Below, piece after piece: positions 8,938-19,280 of a stretch of DNA of 64,000 bases. This stretch comes from Clostridia bacterium (GTDB taxonomy: Bacteria; Bacillota; Clostridia; Oscillospirales; CAG-272), in the NCBI GenBank assembly GCA_017631085.1, contig JAGBTY010000047.1, positions 5,302-69,301 of the forward strand, in the 5' to 3' direction. The position numbers and the translations under genes are program-made. Each line of letters opens with the position of its first letter. The stretch's first letter is position 1. Under the pieces are notes generated by a model that did no database searches, was not told where the DNA came from, and saw only the letters and a program-made list of their open reading frames with translations.

Positions 8938-11115
8938 TCAAAGAGTTTCGTCGTCGTTATTATTGACGTTGTTGTCTTTTTTGTCTGTTTCGGTATTGTC
9001 AGAGTCGTCGAAAGCATCGCTGCTGTCGTCAGGAGTGTCTTCTCTTACATCTTTCTCGTCGGGAAGCTTGATGTCGATGTCGGGAAGCTTTTCACCTCTT
9101 GCGAGAGCTTCTTCCTCTTCCTTAGCGAGTCTCTCTGCCTCTTCCTCAAGTCTCTTGCGGCGTTCCTCGTCGCGTCTCTGTTTTTCTTCATTTTCCTCGC
9201 GGCTGCGTCTCTTCTTGGCTTCGGTCATCTCCTCAAGCTCTTCGAAGGTAGGCTCGCCTTCCATTGCTGCCTTGAACTGCTCGCCGTCCATTATCTCGTT
9301 CTTTACGAGAAATTCGGAAATGAAGTGGAGCTTCTGCATATTTTCGGTGAGTATCTGCTTTGCTCTCGTATATGCTTCGTCGATTATCTTGTGTATCTCG
9401 GAGTCGATAGTTGCCGCTGTTGCGTCCGAATAGTCCTGAGACATTGAGTAATCACGTCCAAGGAATACTTCGCTGTGTCCCGTACCAAAGGAACGAGGAC
9501 CGAGAAGCTCACTCATACCGAGCTGTGTTACCATCTTTTTAGCAATATCGGTAGCTCTTTGGATATCGTTTGATGCGCCTCCGGATACGTCGCCGAATAT
9601 AAGCTCTTCAGCAGCGCGTCCGCCGAGAAGCATAGCGATCTTTTCCTTAAGTCCTTCCTTATATACGCTGTGTGTGTCTTCCTTGGGAGGATTGAGGGTA
9701 TATCCGAGAGCGTTTCCGCTGGGTATAATGGATATTTGCTGAACGTCGTCAAGCTTCGGAAGGACGTGTGCGAGGATCGCGTGACCTGCTTCGTGATAAG
9801 CGGTCTTTTTCTTTTCATCGGGTTTGATACGCATGGATCTTTTCTTAGGTCCTGCAATGACTTTTATAAATGCGTCCTCGATATCTTCCATACCGATAAG
9901 ATTCTTTCCTCTTCGAGCTGCAAGAAGTGCCGCTTCGTTGAGAAGGTTTGCGAGGTCTGCTCCCGTAAAGCCTGCGGTGGTAGACGCAACTTTTGCAAGG
10001 TCCACCGTTTCTTCAAGGGGTTTATTCTTTGCGTGTACCTTGAGTATTTCCTCTCTGCCCTTAATGTCGGGATAGTTTACTGTTACCTGACGGTCGAAAC
10101 GGCCGGGACGGAGAAGAGCTGGGTCAAGTATATCGGGGCGGTTGGTTGCGGCGATAACGATTATTCCCTCGTGTGAGCCGAAACCGTCCATTTCAACGAG
10201 CAATTGGTTAAGAGTCTGTTCACGTTCGTCGTGACCTCCTCCGAGTCCTGCTCCTCTGTGACGTCCTACCGCGTCTATTTCGTCTATGAATATTATGGAA
10301 GCGGGGTGCTTTCTTGCGTTTTCGAATAGGTCACGGACACGGGATGCGCCCACACCGACATACATCTCAACGAAGTCAGAACCCGAGATAGAGAAGAAGG
10401 GAACTCCTGCTTCTCCCGCAACTGCCTTTGCGAGAAGTGTTTTACCCGTACCTGGAGGGCCTACTAAAAGTACACCGTGAGGGATCTTTGCACCGAGCTT
10501 TGAGAAGTGAGTGGGGTCTTTGAGAAATTCGACGACCTCCTGAAGCTCCTCTTTTTCCTCGTCAGCGCCTGCTACGTCTTTGAAGAGAACCTTGTTCTTG
10601 TCATTTTGTGGTGTTTTTACTTTGGCTTTACCAAAGGAGTTAAGCTTTCCTGCTCCTCCACCGTTCATCTGTTTTGCCATGACTACCCAAAGGATTATTA
10701 CTATGGCAATAACTATAACGTATGGAAGGAAGCTTACCCACCAGGGCATTACCGTTTCGGGTTCTATCTCGTATTCAACAAGGTTTGCGTTGCCTTTATA
10801 GTATTCTCCACAGTCCTCCACGAAAAGACCGAGGCTCTGGAGCTGATATTCGATAGTCTTTTTGCTATTGGTTATCTTTCCGTCATCGTCGTATTCAAGC
10901 TCTCCATCATCATTTGGAACGTAAACGTTCATTGTAAGATGATTTGAGTCATCGACTACGAAATCGGCAACCATGTCATCTTGGAAATATCCAACGACAT
11001 CGCTATAAAGCACCTTTTCTGGTTCAGAGCTTCTGAACATTAGTGAAAGGGCAAGGATTATAGCTATAAATATTGCAAGATATAAGATTATGCTTTTAAT
11101 GTTGCTTTTTTTCAT
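8938..11115 (-). CDS. ftsH: ATP-dependent zinc metalloprotease FtsH with a long charged C-terminal tail
   Basis: 725 aa. Two TMs, Walker [17 protein letters not shown] zinc site. Follows tilS-hpt as in Bacillus. Confidence 0.97.
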   Translation of the reverse strand: MKKSNIKSIILYLAIFIAIILALSLMFRSSEPEKVLYSDVVGYFQDDMVADFVVDDSNHLTMNVYVPNDDGELEYDDDGKITNSKKTIEYQLQSLGLFVEDCGEYYKGNANLVEYEIEPETVMPWWVSFLPYVIVIAIVIILWVVMAKQMNGGGAGKLNSFGKAKVKTPQNDKNKVLFKDVAGADEEKEELQEVVEFLKDPTHFSKLGAKIPHGVLLVGPPGTGKTLLAKAVAGEAGVPFFSISGSDFVEMYVGVGASRVRDLFENARKHPASIIFIDEIDAVGRHRGAGLGGGHDEREQTLNQLLVEMDGFGSHEGIIVIAATNRPDILDPALLRPGRFDRQVTVNYPDIKGREEILKVHAKNKPLEETVDLAKVASTTAGFTGADLANLLNEAALLAARRGKNLIGMEDIEDAFIKVIAGPKKRSMRIKPDEKKKTAYHEAGHAILAHVLPKLDDVQQISIIPSGNALGYTLNPPKEDTHSVYKEGLKEKIAMLLGGRAAEELIFGDVSGGASNDIQRATDIAKKMVTQLGMSELLGPRSFGTGHSEVFLGRDYSMSQDYSDATAATIDSEIHKIIDEAYTRAKQILTENMQKLHFISEFLVKNEIMDGEQFKAAMEGEPTFEELEEMTEAKKRRSREENEEKQRRDEERRKRLEEEAERLAKEEEEALARGEKLPDIDIKLPDEKDVREDTPDDSSDAFDDSDNTETDKKDNNVNNNDDETL

Positions 11116-11141
11116 TTATCCGTTATCTCCGTTTATGGTAT

Positions 11142-11690
11142 TTATCGTTTATAGATTTCAGGCTTAAGAACACCTATGTAGGGAAGATCTCTGAATTTTT
11201 CATTATAATCAAGTCCGTAACCGACAACAAACTCATTAGGCATGAAAAGTCCCGAATAATCAGGCTCATAGGGGGTACCTCTTCTGGCGGGGTTGTTGAG
11301 AAGTGCAACTGTTTTTACACTTTTAGCACCTCTTTTGACAAGCATATCATGTATGCGTGACAAGGTTATTCCTGTGTCTATAATATCCTCAACTATTATG
11401 ATATTGATGTCTGACAGGTCCTTTCTGCTTATATCCAAGGTTATATTGAGCTGTCCGGAGGATATTGTGCCGGAGCCGTACGATGAGACCTTCATGAATT
11501 CAAGCTCTGTCGGAAAATCAAGCTTTCTCATAAGATCAGAGCAGAACACCAGCGAGCCCTTGAGAATGCACAAAAGCACTGTTGTTCCCTCGGCGTCTTT
11601 GTAGTCCCTGCTTATTTCTGAAGCGACTTTTGCAGTAGCTTCTTTTATTTCTTCTTCTGTAAAAAGAATTCTTTCAATACTGTCATTCAT
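11142..11690 (-). CDS. hpt: Hypoxanthine phosphoribosyltransferase
   Basis: 182 aa. PRPP loop IIIVEDIIDTGITL. Sits in tilS-hpt-ftsH synteny. Confidence 0.93.
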   Translation of the reverse strand: MNDSIERILFTEEEIKEATAKVASEISRDYKDAEGTTVLLCILKGSLVFCSDLMRKLDFPTELEFMKVSSYGSGTISSGQLNITLDISRKDLSDINIIIVEDIIDTGITLSRIHDMLVKRGAKSVKTVALLNNPARRGTPYEPDYSGLFMPNEFVVGYGLDYNEKFRDLPYIGVLKPEIYKR

Positions 11691-11756
11691 AATTTTTTGC
11701 CTATCCTTCTTTTTTTAGAACTATCCTTTTGACAAAGCCAAGGGCTTTGTCTGACG

Positions 11757-13166
11757 TCAATAAAGATAAAAGTTTATTACAAGTGGTTCTTTTAAATCTC
11801 CGCTCTTGTGCTTTGCACCGTCGCGAATAGCAACGAAAGGAACTGCAAGTATGCCGTTTTCGTCGAATATGATGGGAAGCCTTGAGCGTTCCTCTAATGG
11901 AATTTTCAGGTCGCAAAGCATCTTTTTAAGGCTTTTTGACATTCCGTTTATGCAAATTTTGTCTCCTGCTCTGCGTTCTCTTGCAAACACAGCACCATTT
12001 ATTGTAGCAGAATCCAGATGCAATTGTATAAATTTTTTGTAAACATTTCTTTTTGAATGTGAATTTCCAATGATGATTTCGGCTTTTGTTTGTGAAATAG
12101 GGTTTTCACCCTCGTGAAGCTCAATAAAATAGCCTTCTCTTTTTTCTTTTATAGCCACAAGCTCTTCTCTTTTTACAAAACAGAGCATTCCGTTTTCGAT
12201 GACGGCACATACTTTATGGGGCAGGTCGAGAGAGGAATGGGGAACAGCTTTTTCTGCAAACTCACGTATTGCTCTTACGTGAATGTTCTCAAGGGTATTT
12301 CCATTTGACATTTTCGAATAAAGAGTCATTATTGCTCGGTTTGCGATAGCGACGTGACAGTTTGCTATCTTTTTTGCATCGACGGTACACAGCTTATCCT
12401 CACATGCTTCCGATAAGAACTGCTCGGTGATCTCATTAAGATAAGCAAGGTCGTCACGCAAGGACTCCGAAGTGCGCCCCGCAGATTCTACCGCAGACAT
12501 ATTTATTTCATTAAGGAGTGGAATAATGTCTGACCGTATCTTGTTTCTCGTATATTTTGTATCGGTATTTGTACTGTCTGTTACATAAGATATGTTATTT
12601 TCTTTGCAATATACGAGAATTTCTTCTTTTGAGAGCTTGATTATAGGGCGTATTACAATTCCCGACGAGCAATTCCTTGTGAGAGGAATGCCGCATATTC
12701 CCGAAAGTCCGCAACCTCTTGCAAGGTTGAAGAGGATAGTTTCAAGATTGTCGTTTGCGTTGTGAGCGGTGGCGAGCAAGGGTATAGAATGTTTTTTCAT
12801 TATTTCTTCGAAAAAAGCGTATCTTGCATCTCTTGCGGCAGTCTCAACACTTTTTCCTTCTTCTTTTGCTATCGAAGGGATATCAAGTCTTGTGCTGAAA
12901 AGCGTGACACCGAGCTTTTCGGCAGTCTCCTCGCAAAACCTCTGGTCTCGGTCGGCTTCTTCTCCTCTTATACCGTGATTTACGTGTGCCGCATATATGG
13001 GCGTTCCGTTATCCTTTCCGTATCTTACAAGCATATGAAGAAGTGCTGAAGAATCTGCTCCACCCGAAAATCCTACCAGTATAGGCGTGTTTTTTTGGAG
13101 ATGCGAAAGCTCACACGGCGGGATAAAACCCTTAGGTATATTCTTACCTATTACGTTTTCTTTCAT
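11757..13166 (-). CDS. tilS: tRNA(Ile)-lysidine synthase
   Basis: 469 aa. PP-loop VGFSGGADSSAL. Synteny with hpt and ftsH. Confidence 0.93.
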   Translation of the reverse strand: MKENVIGKNIPKGFIPPCELSHLQKNTPILVGFSGGADSSALLHMLVRYGKDNGTPIYAAHVNHGIRGEEADRDQRFCEETAEKLGVTLFSTRLDIPSIAKEEGKSVETAARDARYAFFEEIMKKHSIPLLATAHNANDNLETILFNLARGCGLSGICGIPLTRNCSSGIVIRPIIKLSKEEILVYCKENNISYVTDSTNTDTKYTRNKIRSDIIPLLNEINMSAVESAGRTSESLRDDLAYLNEITEQFLSEACEDKLCTVDAKKIANCHVAIANRAIMTLYSKMSNGNTLENIHVRAIREFAEKAVPHSSLDLPHKVCAVIENGMLCFVKREELVAIKEKREGYFIELHEGENPISQTKAEIIIGNSHSKRNVYKKFIQLHLDSATINGAVFARERRAGDKICINGMSKSLKKMLCDLKIPLEERSRLPIIFDENGILAVPFVAIRDGAKHKSGDLKEPLVINFYLY

Positions 13167-13216
13167 TTTTACTCCTGCCCCGTATTCGAGGCCATGGTTT
13201 TTATATTGTTATGAGA

Positions 13217-14548
13217 TCATTCCATATCGGTTGCAATAGTTCTGAACTTTGTAAATCTTCCTATCCAACCAACCTTTACCGTTCCTGTTGAGCCGTGACG
13301 GTTTTTGGCTATGATTACCTCTGCGATATTACCTTCTTCTTGAGATGCATCGGTGTCGTAATATTCATTACGGTATAGGAATATTACGGTATCGGCATCC
13401 TGCTCGATAGCACCCGAGTCACGAAGGTCGGAAAGCATAGGTCTTTTGTCTGTTCTTGATTCGGGGCCACGGGAGAGCTGGGCACAGCATATTATAGGAA
13501 CGTTCAGCTCCTTTGCCATGATCTTAAGGTTTCTTGATATATCGGCTACCTCTTGTACTCTGTTGTCGCTCTTTCTGTCGCTCTGCATGAGCTGTAGATA
13601 GTCTATGACTACAAGTCCGAGGTCTTGAACACGGCGGAGCTTACCCTTCATTCCGGTGACCGAGATTCCAGACGTGTCGTCGATAAGGATATCGCAATCC
13701 GCAAGCTTTGTTGTTGCCATAGCAATATCTTCCCATTGTTTCGAGTCTATCTTACCCGTTCTGAGTGCGTAACTGTCTACCATTGCTTCGCTTGAAATAA
13801 CACGGCTGACAAGCTGTTCAGCCGACATTTCAAGTGAGAAGATACATACCTTTTTCTTGGTCTGGAGTGCAACGTTCGTTGCTATGTTAAGCGCAAAGGA
13901 TGTTTTTCCCATACCGGGACGTGCGCCGACAAGTATAAGGTCGGAGTTTCCCATTCCTGCAAGTACATTATCGATTCCCGAAAAACCTGTTTTTGTTCCA
14001 TGAGCACCCTCGCCTTCGGTGGTCATATCGTGGAGGTTTTTATATACGCTTCCTATGACCTCACGAATGTGTCGGAATGTTTTTGTATCGCGTCCTTGAG
14101 CTATGTCGAAAACAAGACTTTCCGCATAGTCAACAAGCTCACCCGCATTTCCTTCCTCGCTGTACGCTTTTTCGGATATTTCGGAGCAGACGTCGATAAG
14201 ATTTCGGAGCAAACTCTTTTCTTTGACTATCTTTGCATAGTCCTTTATATTGAGTGCGTTTGGAACGGCGCGGTAGAGAGAGCGAATATAGTCCTCTCCG
14301 CCCGATTTTGAATATATGCCCTTGGTCACGAGCATATCTATAAGGGTGACGACGTCTATTTCCTTATTTATAAGGAAGAGCTCGTGCATTGCAGTATATA
14401 TCTGTGTGTGCTCCGATAGGTAAAAGTCGTTTGCCGACAGTATCTCGGCTATTTCATTGAGGGATTCGGGGTCTACGAGTATAGAACCCAAAAGTGATTG
14501 CTCTGCGATGAGAGAGAAGGGAAGCTTTCTCACAAGCTCTTCATTCAT
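13217..14548 (-). CDS. dnaB: Replicative DNA helicase (DnaB family; DnaC in B. subtilis nomenclature)
   Basis: Walker A GARPGMGKTSFALN; SLEMS, IDYLQLM, ELNVPIICCAQLSR motifs. The track ORF starts at 14623 and overlaps rplI. I prefer the internal ATG at 14548 (MNEELVRKLPFSLIAEQSLLGS), which is preceded by GAAAGGA. Start is uncertain. Confidence 0.93.
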   Translation of the reverse strand: MNEELVRKLPFSLIAEQSLLGSILVDPESLNEIAEILSANDFYLSEHTQIYTAMHELFLINKEIDVVTLIDMLVTKGIYSKSGGEDYIRSLYRAVPNALNIKDYAKIVKEKSLLRNLIDVCSEISEKAYSEEGNAGELVDYAESLVFDIAQGRDTKTFRHIREVIGSVYKNLHDMTTEGEGAHGTKTGFSGIDNVLAGMGNSDLILVGARPGMGKTSFALNIATNVALQTKKKVCIFSLEMSAEQLVSRVISSEAMVDSYALRTGKIDSKQWEDIAMATTKLADCDILIDDTSGISVTGMKGKLRRVQDLGLVVIDYLQLMQSDRKSDNRVQEVADISRNLKIMAKELNVPIICCAQLSRGPESRTDKRPMLSDLRDSGAIEQDADTVIFLYRNEYYDTDASQEEGNIAEVIIAKNRHGSTGTVKVGWIGRFTKFRTIATDME

Positions 14549-14603
14549 TGCGGCTACATCCTTTCTTTTACTTCTTCTGTTTGAGATTAGAAAATCAGGG
14601 GCA

Positions 14604-15056
14604 TCAACCCTCTTTTGAAACAACCTCTACGGTTATCTTTCCTGATACCTCGGTATAGAGCTTTGCGTCAACGCTGAATCTTCCATAGGTCTTTATGGGC
14701 TCATTTACTGTTATCTTTCTCTTGTCTATCTCGATGCCGAAATCTTTCGCAAGAGCTTCGGATATATCCTTTGAGGTTACAGAACCGTAAAGCTTTTTAT
14801 CGGGGCCCGATGAATACTCGAATTTTACAACTATGCTCTCAAGCTTCTTGGCAATTTCTTTTGCCTGTTGCTTTTCCGTTTCTATTTTGTGTTGCTTTGC
14901 CGATTCTTTGTTTTTTACGTCATTTATTGCCTTTGAGTCGGCAGGAATAGCTAATTTCTTGGGGAGAAGAAAATTTCTTGCATATCCGTCCGAAACTTCT
15001 ATTATTTGATCTTTTTTTCCCTGACCCTTAACGTCTGCTGTTAAAATTACCTTCAT
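14604..15056 (-). CDS. rplI: 50S ribosomal protein L9
   Basis: 150 aa. [36 protein letters not shown]. Confidence 0.95.
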   Translation of the reverse strand: MKVILTADVKGQGKKDQIIEVSDGYARNFLLPKKLAIPADSKAINDVKNKESAKQHKIETEKQQAKEIAKKLESIVVKFEYSSGPDKKLYGSVTSKDISEALAKDFGIEIDKRKITVNEPIKTYGRFSVDAKLYTEVSGKITVEVVSKEG

Positions 15057-15103
15057 ATCTTACCTCCTGAATGAACGTGTTATTACTTTTTGGATATTTT
15101 ATT

Positions 15104-17179
15104 TTAATCTTTTTGCTTTGACACGGATGTTATATCGTTAAAATATTCGTCTATTGCTGCTTTTAGTATAATGGATGCTTCGTCGAGGTCCTTGTCCGAC
15201 AAAGCCGCACCTGCCATGTCGAAGTGTCCTCCACCGCCTATCTTTTCAAGGATAAGCTGAACGTTTATCGAACCGTCAGAACGTCCCGATATATGAATGA
15301 GCTGTCCTATTTTTACGAGAGCGAATGCGGCGTTTACGTTTCTTATAGCGAGCAGGTGATCCGCAGCCTTTGCAGCGGCTATTCTGTCACTTGAAGGATC
15401 TTCACCAACACTTGACGTTATAGCTATATGTTCGCGGTAAAGCTCGGAGTTGTTTCCAAAGCGCGCTTCGGATTTGTAGTCCTCAAATGCTTCTTCAAAA
15501 AAGGTCCTTGCATATTCGGGACTTGCACCTGCCGAACGGAGATACAGAGCCGCCGCGAATGTTCTCGTTCCAACAGTTCTCGTGAAGTTTTTGGTATCTA
15601 CCATGATACCTGCCATCAGCACGTTTGCCTCTTCCTTGCGGAGAGTGTCGGTGGGGAGACTCTGCTCAAGTATCTCGGAAACCAGCTCGGATGCCGAGGA
15701 TGCGGTCGTGTCTATATAAGAGAGTTGAGGATCGTGCTCAAACTCTTCCTTTTTAATGTGGTGGTCGATAACTGCGGTCTTGAACGCATTTGCCGCAATT
15801 TCGGGGGCTTCAAGGATCTTGAAGTTGTTTGCGTCAACGACAACAAGGAGTGTACCGAAAGATATTTCACCAAGACCAACGACTCCATCGACGAATACAT
15901 TACTGTATTCGGGGAGCTCACAGAGCTTACCTGTGCAGGCTTTGAAGTTGTCTGTTCCCGTATTAACGACTATTTTAACGTCAACACCGAGATGCATGGA
16001 GAGTGCTGCAATACCGACACACGCACCTATGGAGTCGAAGTCTGGGTTGCTGTGTCCCATAACTATTACGTTGGATGCTCCGGATATCATGGAGCACAGA
16101 CATGCCGCAATGACTCTGGAATGCCCTTTGGAACGCTTTTGCTGACTTTTTGTTCTTCCACCGAAGAAGCTGATACCCGTTTCGTTTTTAAGTACTGCTT
16201 GGTCTCCGCCTCTTTGAAGCGCCATGTCAAGTGCCGCAAGCGCATCCTTTTCACGAGCGGCGAGAGTGTCACCGGTGGTTGCAATACCTATGGAGACGGT
16301 GATCGGCATATTGTCGTCTCCGATGCGTACTTCTCTGATACTATCGAGTATTTCGAATTTTCCTCTTACGCACTTTCCAAGACTTTCATTCGACATAAAG
16401 AGGATATATTTGTTTCTGTCGTATTCTCGTATCATTGCCCCTGCGGATAAAGCCCATTCTTTGAGTATTTTTTCTACCTGTGTTGCCTCTGCCTGATAGC
16501 TTTCCTTTACGTACTGTGCTATCTCGTCAAGGTTATCGAGAATGATATATGCAACGGCGGGTATTTCGTTGTTGTATTTTTCTTTAACGTCGCAAAGCTC
16601 GGTTATGTCGTTGAAAACAAGCATGTAGAATGCCTTGCCTTTAGCGCTTATAGGGTGGCAGTCAACACTGTAGCGTCTTTTTCTCATACTTACCACAATG
16701 GTCGACATTTCCGCATCGCTCTGCGTCTCAGCCTGAGCGTCTGCGTCCTCGCTGGCGTTGAATATATCCTGAAGGGAAATGTTACAGAGGGAGGTGATAT
16801 CCGAATTGAAAAAGGTATCCTTTATTCCCGCAGCACGTTTGAATGAAAGATTTGTGGTTATTATTTTACCGTTTTCATTTATGACGGCGTAGGGGATCTT
16901 CAGATAATTCTTGAATGCGTAGATAACTCCGTTATTCTGTTTGTCCGATTCGTTGTTTTCGAATCTGTAAATACGCAATCTTCTTCGCATGATAAGGAAA
17001 AACATTCCGCAGAGAATAGCGTATGCTGAAAGGATAGCGATACCGGAGCTTATTGCGGATACGTTTGAATAGGTGCATATTATCACATGCACTACTATCG
17101 CTATGACCGCAAGCACTATATAGATACCCGATAGGCTTTCTTCGGACGTTCCGAAAAACGAATTCTTTTTGTTTGACAT
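15104..17179 (-). CDS. gdpP: GdpP/YybT-type cyclic-di-AMP phosphodiesterase (TM - PAS-like - degenerate GGDEF - DHH/DHHA1)
   Basis: 691 aa. Two N-terminal TMs; DHH motifs HSNPDFDSIGA, VVDAN, IDHH; DHHA1 GGGGH. Sits in yybS-gdpP-rplI-dnaB synteny. Confidence 0.88.
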   Translation of the reverse strand: MSNKKNSFFGTSEESLSGIYIVLAVIAIVVHVIICTYSNVSAISSGIAILSAYAILCGMFFLIMRRRLRIYRFENNESDKQNNGVIYAFKNYLKIPYAVINENGKIITTNLSFKRAAGIKDTFFNSDITSLCNISLQDIFNASEDADAQAETQSDAEMSTIVVSMRKRRYSVDCHPISAKGKAFYMLVFNDITELCDVKEKYNNEIPAVAYIILDNLDEIAQYVKESYQAEATQVEKILKEWALSAGAMIREYDRNKYILFMSNESLGKCVRGKFEILDSIREVRIGDDNMPITVSIGIATTGDTLAAREKDALAALDMALQRGGDQAVLKNETGISFFGGRTKSQQKRSKGHSRVIAACLCSMISGASNVIVMGHSNPDFDSIGACVGIAALSMHLGVDVKIVVNTGTDNFKACTGKLCELPEYSNVFVDGVVGLGEISFGTLLVVVDANNFKILEAPEIAANAFKTAVIDHHIKKEEFEHDPQLSYIDTTASSASELVSEILEQSLPTDTLRKEEANVLMAGIMVDTKNFTRTVGTRTFAAALYLRSAGASPEYARTFFEEAFEDYKSEARFGNNSELYREHIAITSSVGEDPSSDRIAAAKAADHLLAIRNVNAAFALVKIGQLIHISGRSDGSINVQLILEKIGGGGHFDMAGAALSDKDLDEASIILKAAIDEYFNDITSVSKQKD

Positions 17180-17234
17180 ATTAAAATATCCTTTCGAGTG
17201 GATTTTCTGTCTTTTTTATCTGTTTGTTATGGTT

Positions 17235-18464
17235 TTATTTGTTCTTTTTGTTTGAGATCGCGATCTTTATGTCCTTAATAATTATAATGACACTGCCTGC
17301 AAAGGCAATAGTCATTATTGCAATGGGTGAAAGTGAGAGGAGCATGAACAGTGTAAAGATGTAAAGGAGACTTGCAAGACACGATGGGCCTTTGACTTTG
17401 GACAGGGCTGAAATAAAGGCAAGTGTTGTCAGGCATAGTCCCGGGGTTATCATAAGGATCAGATTGAGGCATGCCGTCGCCACAAGCTCTGTCTTGCCGC
17501 TGCCAAGTGTGAGCGCGAGTATAAGACCTACGATAAATATTCCTGCCGTTCCCGATGTCATATCGAGTGAAATGACACGTGAAAATTCTTCTGTTTTTTG
17601 AGGATCGTTTTTTAACTCGTCCGGCTTGTAATATGCGCCTATCATAAGAGAGTGTAAAAAATATGATACAAATGAAAGTGATATTACTGTAATTGCGGGG
17701 AGCAGATTAAATACGGAATTTGTTGCGTATAGCACGTAATCCTCATAATCGATGCTCATGCCGGATGCTCCGAGAGTTTCGGAAAGAGCAGACATAGCGG
17801 AGTTCATCGTATCAACTGTCATCTCACGTGCCGTATCTATTACACCTCTTACTGCGTCAAGTGAGAACGAACGTGTATAAACAAATATAAGCGCAAGAGC
17901 TGCTACTACGGTAAAGAGAGTAGCGCCAAGGGTCATTCTGAAGACGGTCTTTGCTCTGTCAAGCTTCTTTTTTATCGAATATGAAAGAAGGATAGCAAAG
18001 GGGAGAGTTGATAAAACAACAGCGAAAGCTATCGGCAACTCCATGGGAGCGAGGAAAGCCGCCAAGGCTCCGCATGGGAGCAGGGAAAGAGCAAGTCCCA
18101 AGAGAGTTGACGCCACAAAACTTTTATTTGAAAATTCGGTTATTACGTATGCATAAGAAATTATAAGAGCAAGGTATACGCCGACGATACTGCCGGGAAG
18201 AAAGCTCCCGCCGAGGAGTCCTGATAATGCGAGAAGGATTATTGGAAAAAGGACACCTCTTACCGATTCGTGAATAAGTATCAGTATAAAGGCGGACAAA
18301 GCGCATACGGCGATTCCAAATAGCTCTACCGAGTCTTTAGGAAGAGCTATGAACAGTATTGCCGGAATATACATTGAGGCAATGGCAAAGAACATAGAGA
18401 TTATAGGAAGCTTTGCCGAATATATAAAAGGCTTTTTGTTTGTTGGATTTATATTTTGATTCAA
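17235..18464 (-). CDS. Polytopic membrane protein, YybS-like (DUF2232) by position
   Basis: 409 aa, at least 8 hydrophobic segments. Occupies the position of B. subtilis yybS directly upstream of gdpP. Confidence 0.6.
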   Translation of the reverse strand: MNQNINPTNKKPFIYSAKLPIISMFFAIASMYIPAILFIALPKDSVELFGIAVCALSAFILILIHESVRGVLFPIILLALSGLLGGSFLPGSIVGVYLALIISYAYVITEFSNKSFVASTLLGLALSLLPCGALAAFLAPMELPIAFAVVLSTLPFAILLSYSIKKKLDRAKTVFRMTLGATLFTVVAALALIFVYTRSFSLDAVRGVIDTAREMTVDTMNSAMSALSETLGASGMSIDYEDYVLYATNSVFNLLPAITVISLSFVSYFLHSLMIGAYYKPDELKNDPQKTEEFSRVISLDMTSGTAGIFIVGLILALTLGSGKTELVATACLNLILMITPGLCLTTLAFISALSKVKGPSCLASLLYIFTLFMLLSLSPIAIMTIAFAGSVIIIIKDIKIAISNKKNK

Positions 18465-18649
18465 GGCTGTACCTCATTTTTAATATTTGCTTGGGTTTTA
18501 CAAATGAACATAACTACCCTATTATATTATTATAGCATATAAACTTGTTTTTGTAAACACATAAATAACATTTTTTTGTAATAAAGGAAAGAAAACAAAA
18601 AAATGTTTATATTTCGAGAAGTAAAAAACAAAAAATTTTTAAAAAACTA

Positions 18650-18678
18650 TTGCAATTCCTGAAAAAGTGTGCTATAAT
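18650..18678 (+). promoter_or_regulatory. Sigma-A type promoter of the rimP-nusA-infB operon
   Basis: TTGCAA (18650-55), 17 nt spacer, TGcTATAAT (extended -10, hexamer 18673-78). Confidence 0.7.
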
Positions 18679-18691
18679 ACGATAGATAGTG

Positions 18692-18717
18692 GAGTGGGTT
18701 TGAGAGAACCCACTCTT
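18692..18717 (+). promoter_or_regulatory. Leader hairpin between promoter and rimP; candidate attenuator
   Basis: GAGTGGGTT-TGAGAG-AACCCACTC, a 9 bp stem, followed by TTAATTGTT (interrupted U-tract). About 45 nt before the rimP start. Confidence 0.4.
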
Positions 18718-18763
18718 AATTGTTAATTTGAGCATATCAAAAAATAATATTGGAGGGCATTAT

Positions 18764-19234
18764 ATGGCAAAGAACGCAAAGAATGTGTCCGAAACGGTTA
18801 AGGAGCTTGCAGAACCCATAGCCGAGGAGCTTGGTGTCTGGATATGGGACGTTGAGTTCGTTAAGGAGGGCGCAAGAAGGATACTTCGTATAACCATAGA
18901 TTCCGAAGATGGAATTACCATTGATGATTGCGAAAAGCTTCATAGAGCCATAGATCCCGTGCTTGACGAAGCAGATCCTATTGAGGAGCAGTATTATCTC
19001 GAGGTCTCATCTCCAGGTATTGAAAGGGAGCTTAAGAACGACATGCATATATATGCTTGTGAAGGCTGGGACGTTGAGATAAAGCTTTATGCTCCCATGA
19101 ATGGCTCAAAGCTATTCAGAGGAGTGCTTCTTCCCCTTGCGGAGAACGGTAATATATTGCTTGATATAGCCGGTGAGACGGTTGAATTTGAAAGAAGTAC
19201 CGTTGCCAAGATAAGCACTTATTTTGAACTCTGA
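18764..19234 (+). CDS. rimP: Ribosome maturation factor RimP
   Basis: Start moved to the ATG at 18764 (MAKNAKNV...), 6 nt after GGAGGG. First gene of the rimP-nusA-infB operon. LEVSSPGIEREL motif. Confidence 0.9.
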   Translation: MAKNAKNVSETVKELAEPIAEELGVWIWDVEFVKEGARRILRITIDSEDGITIDDCEKLHRAIDPVLDEADPIEEQYYLEVSSPGIERELKNDMHIYACEGWDVEIKLYAPMNGSKLFRGVLLPLAENGNILLDIAGETVEFERSTVAKISTYFEL

Positions 19235-19280
19235 TTTTAAAAATTGACATATTTAATACGTAAAAGGATGGAACTTTAAA

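Noticed and set aside
8786-9433. 215 aa Ser-rich plus-strand ORF
   Set aside because: Mirror image of the Glu/Lys/Arg-rich FtsH tail on the other strand.
15428-16450. 340 aa plus-strand ORF
   Set aside because: Lies entirely inside gdpP on the opposite strand. Cys-rich, low-complexity translation typical of antisense frames, and no RBS.
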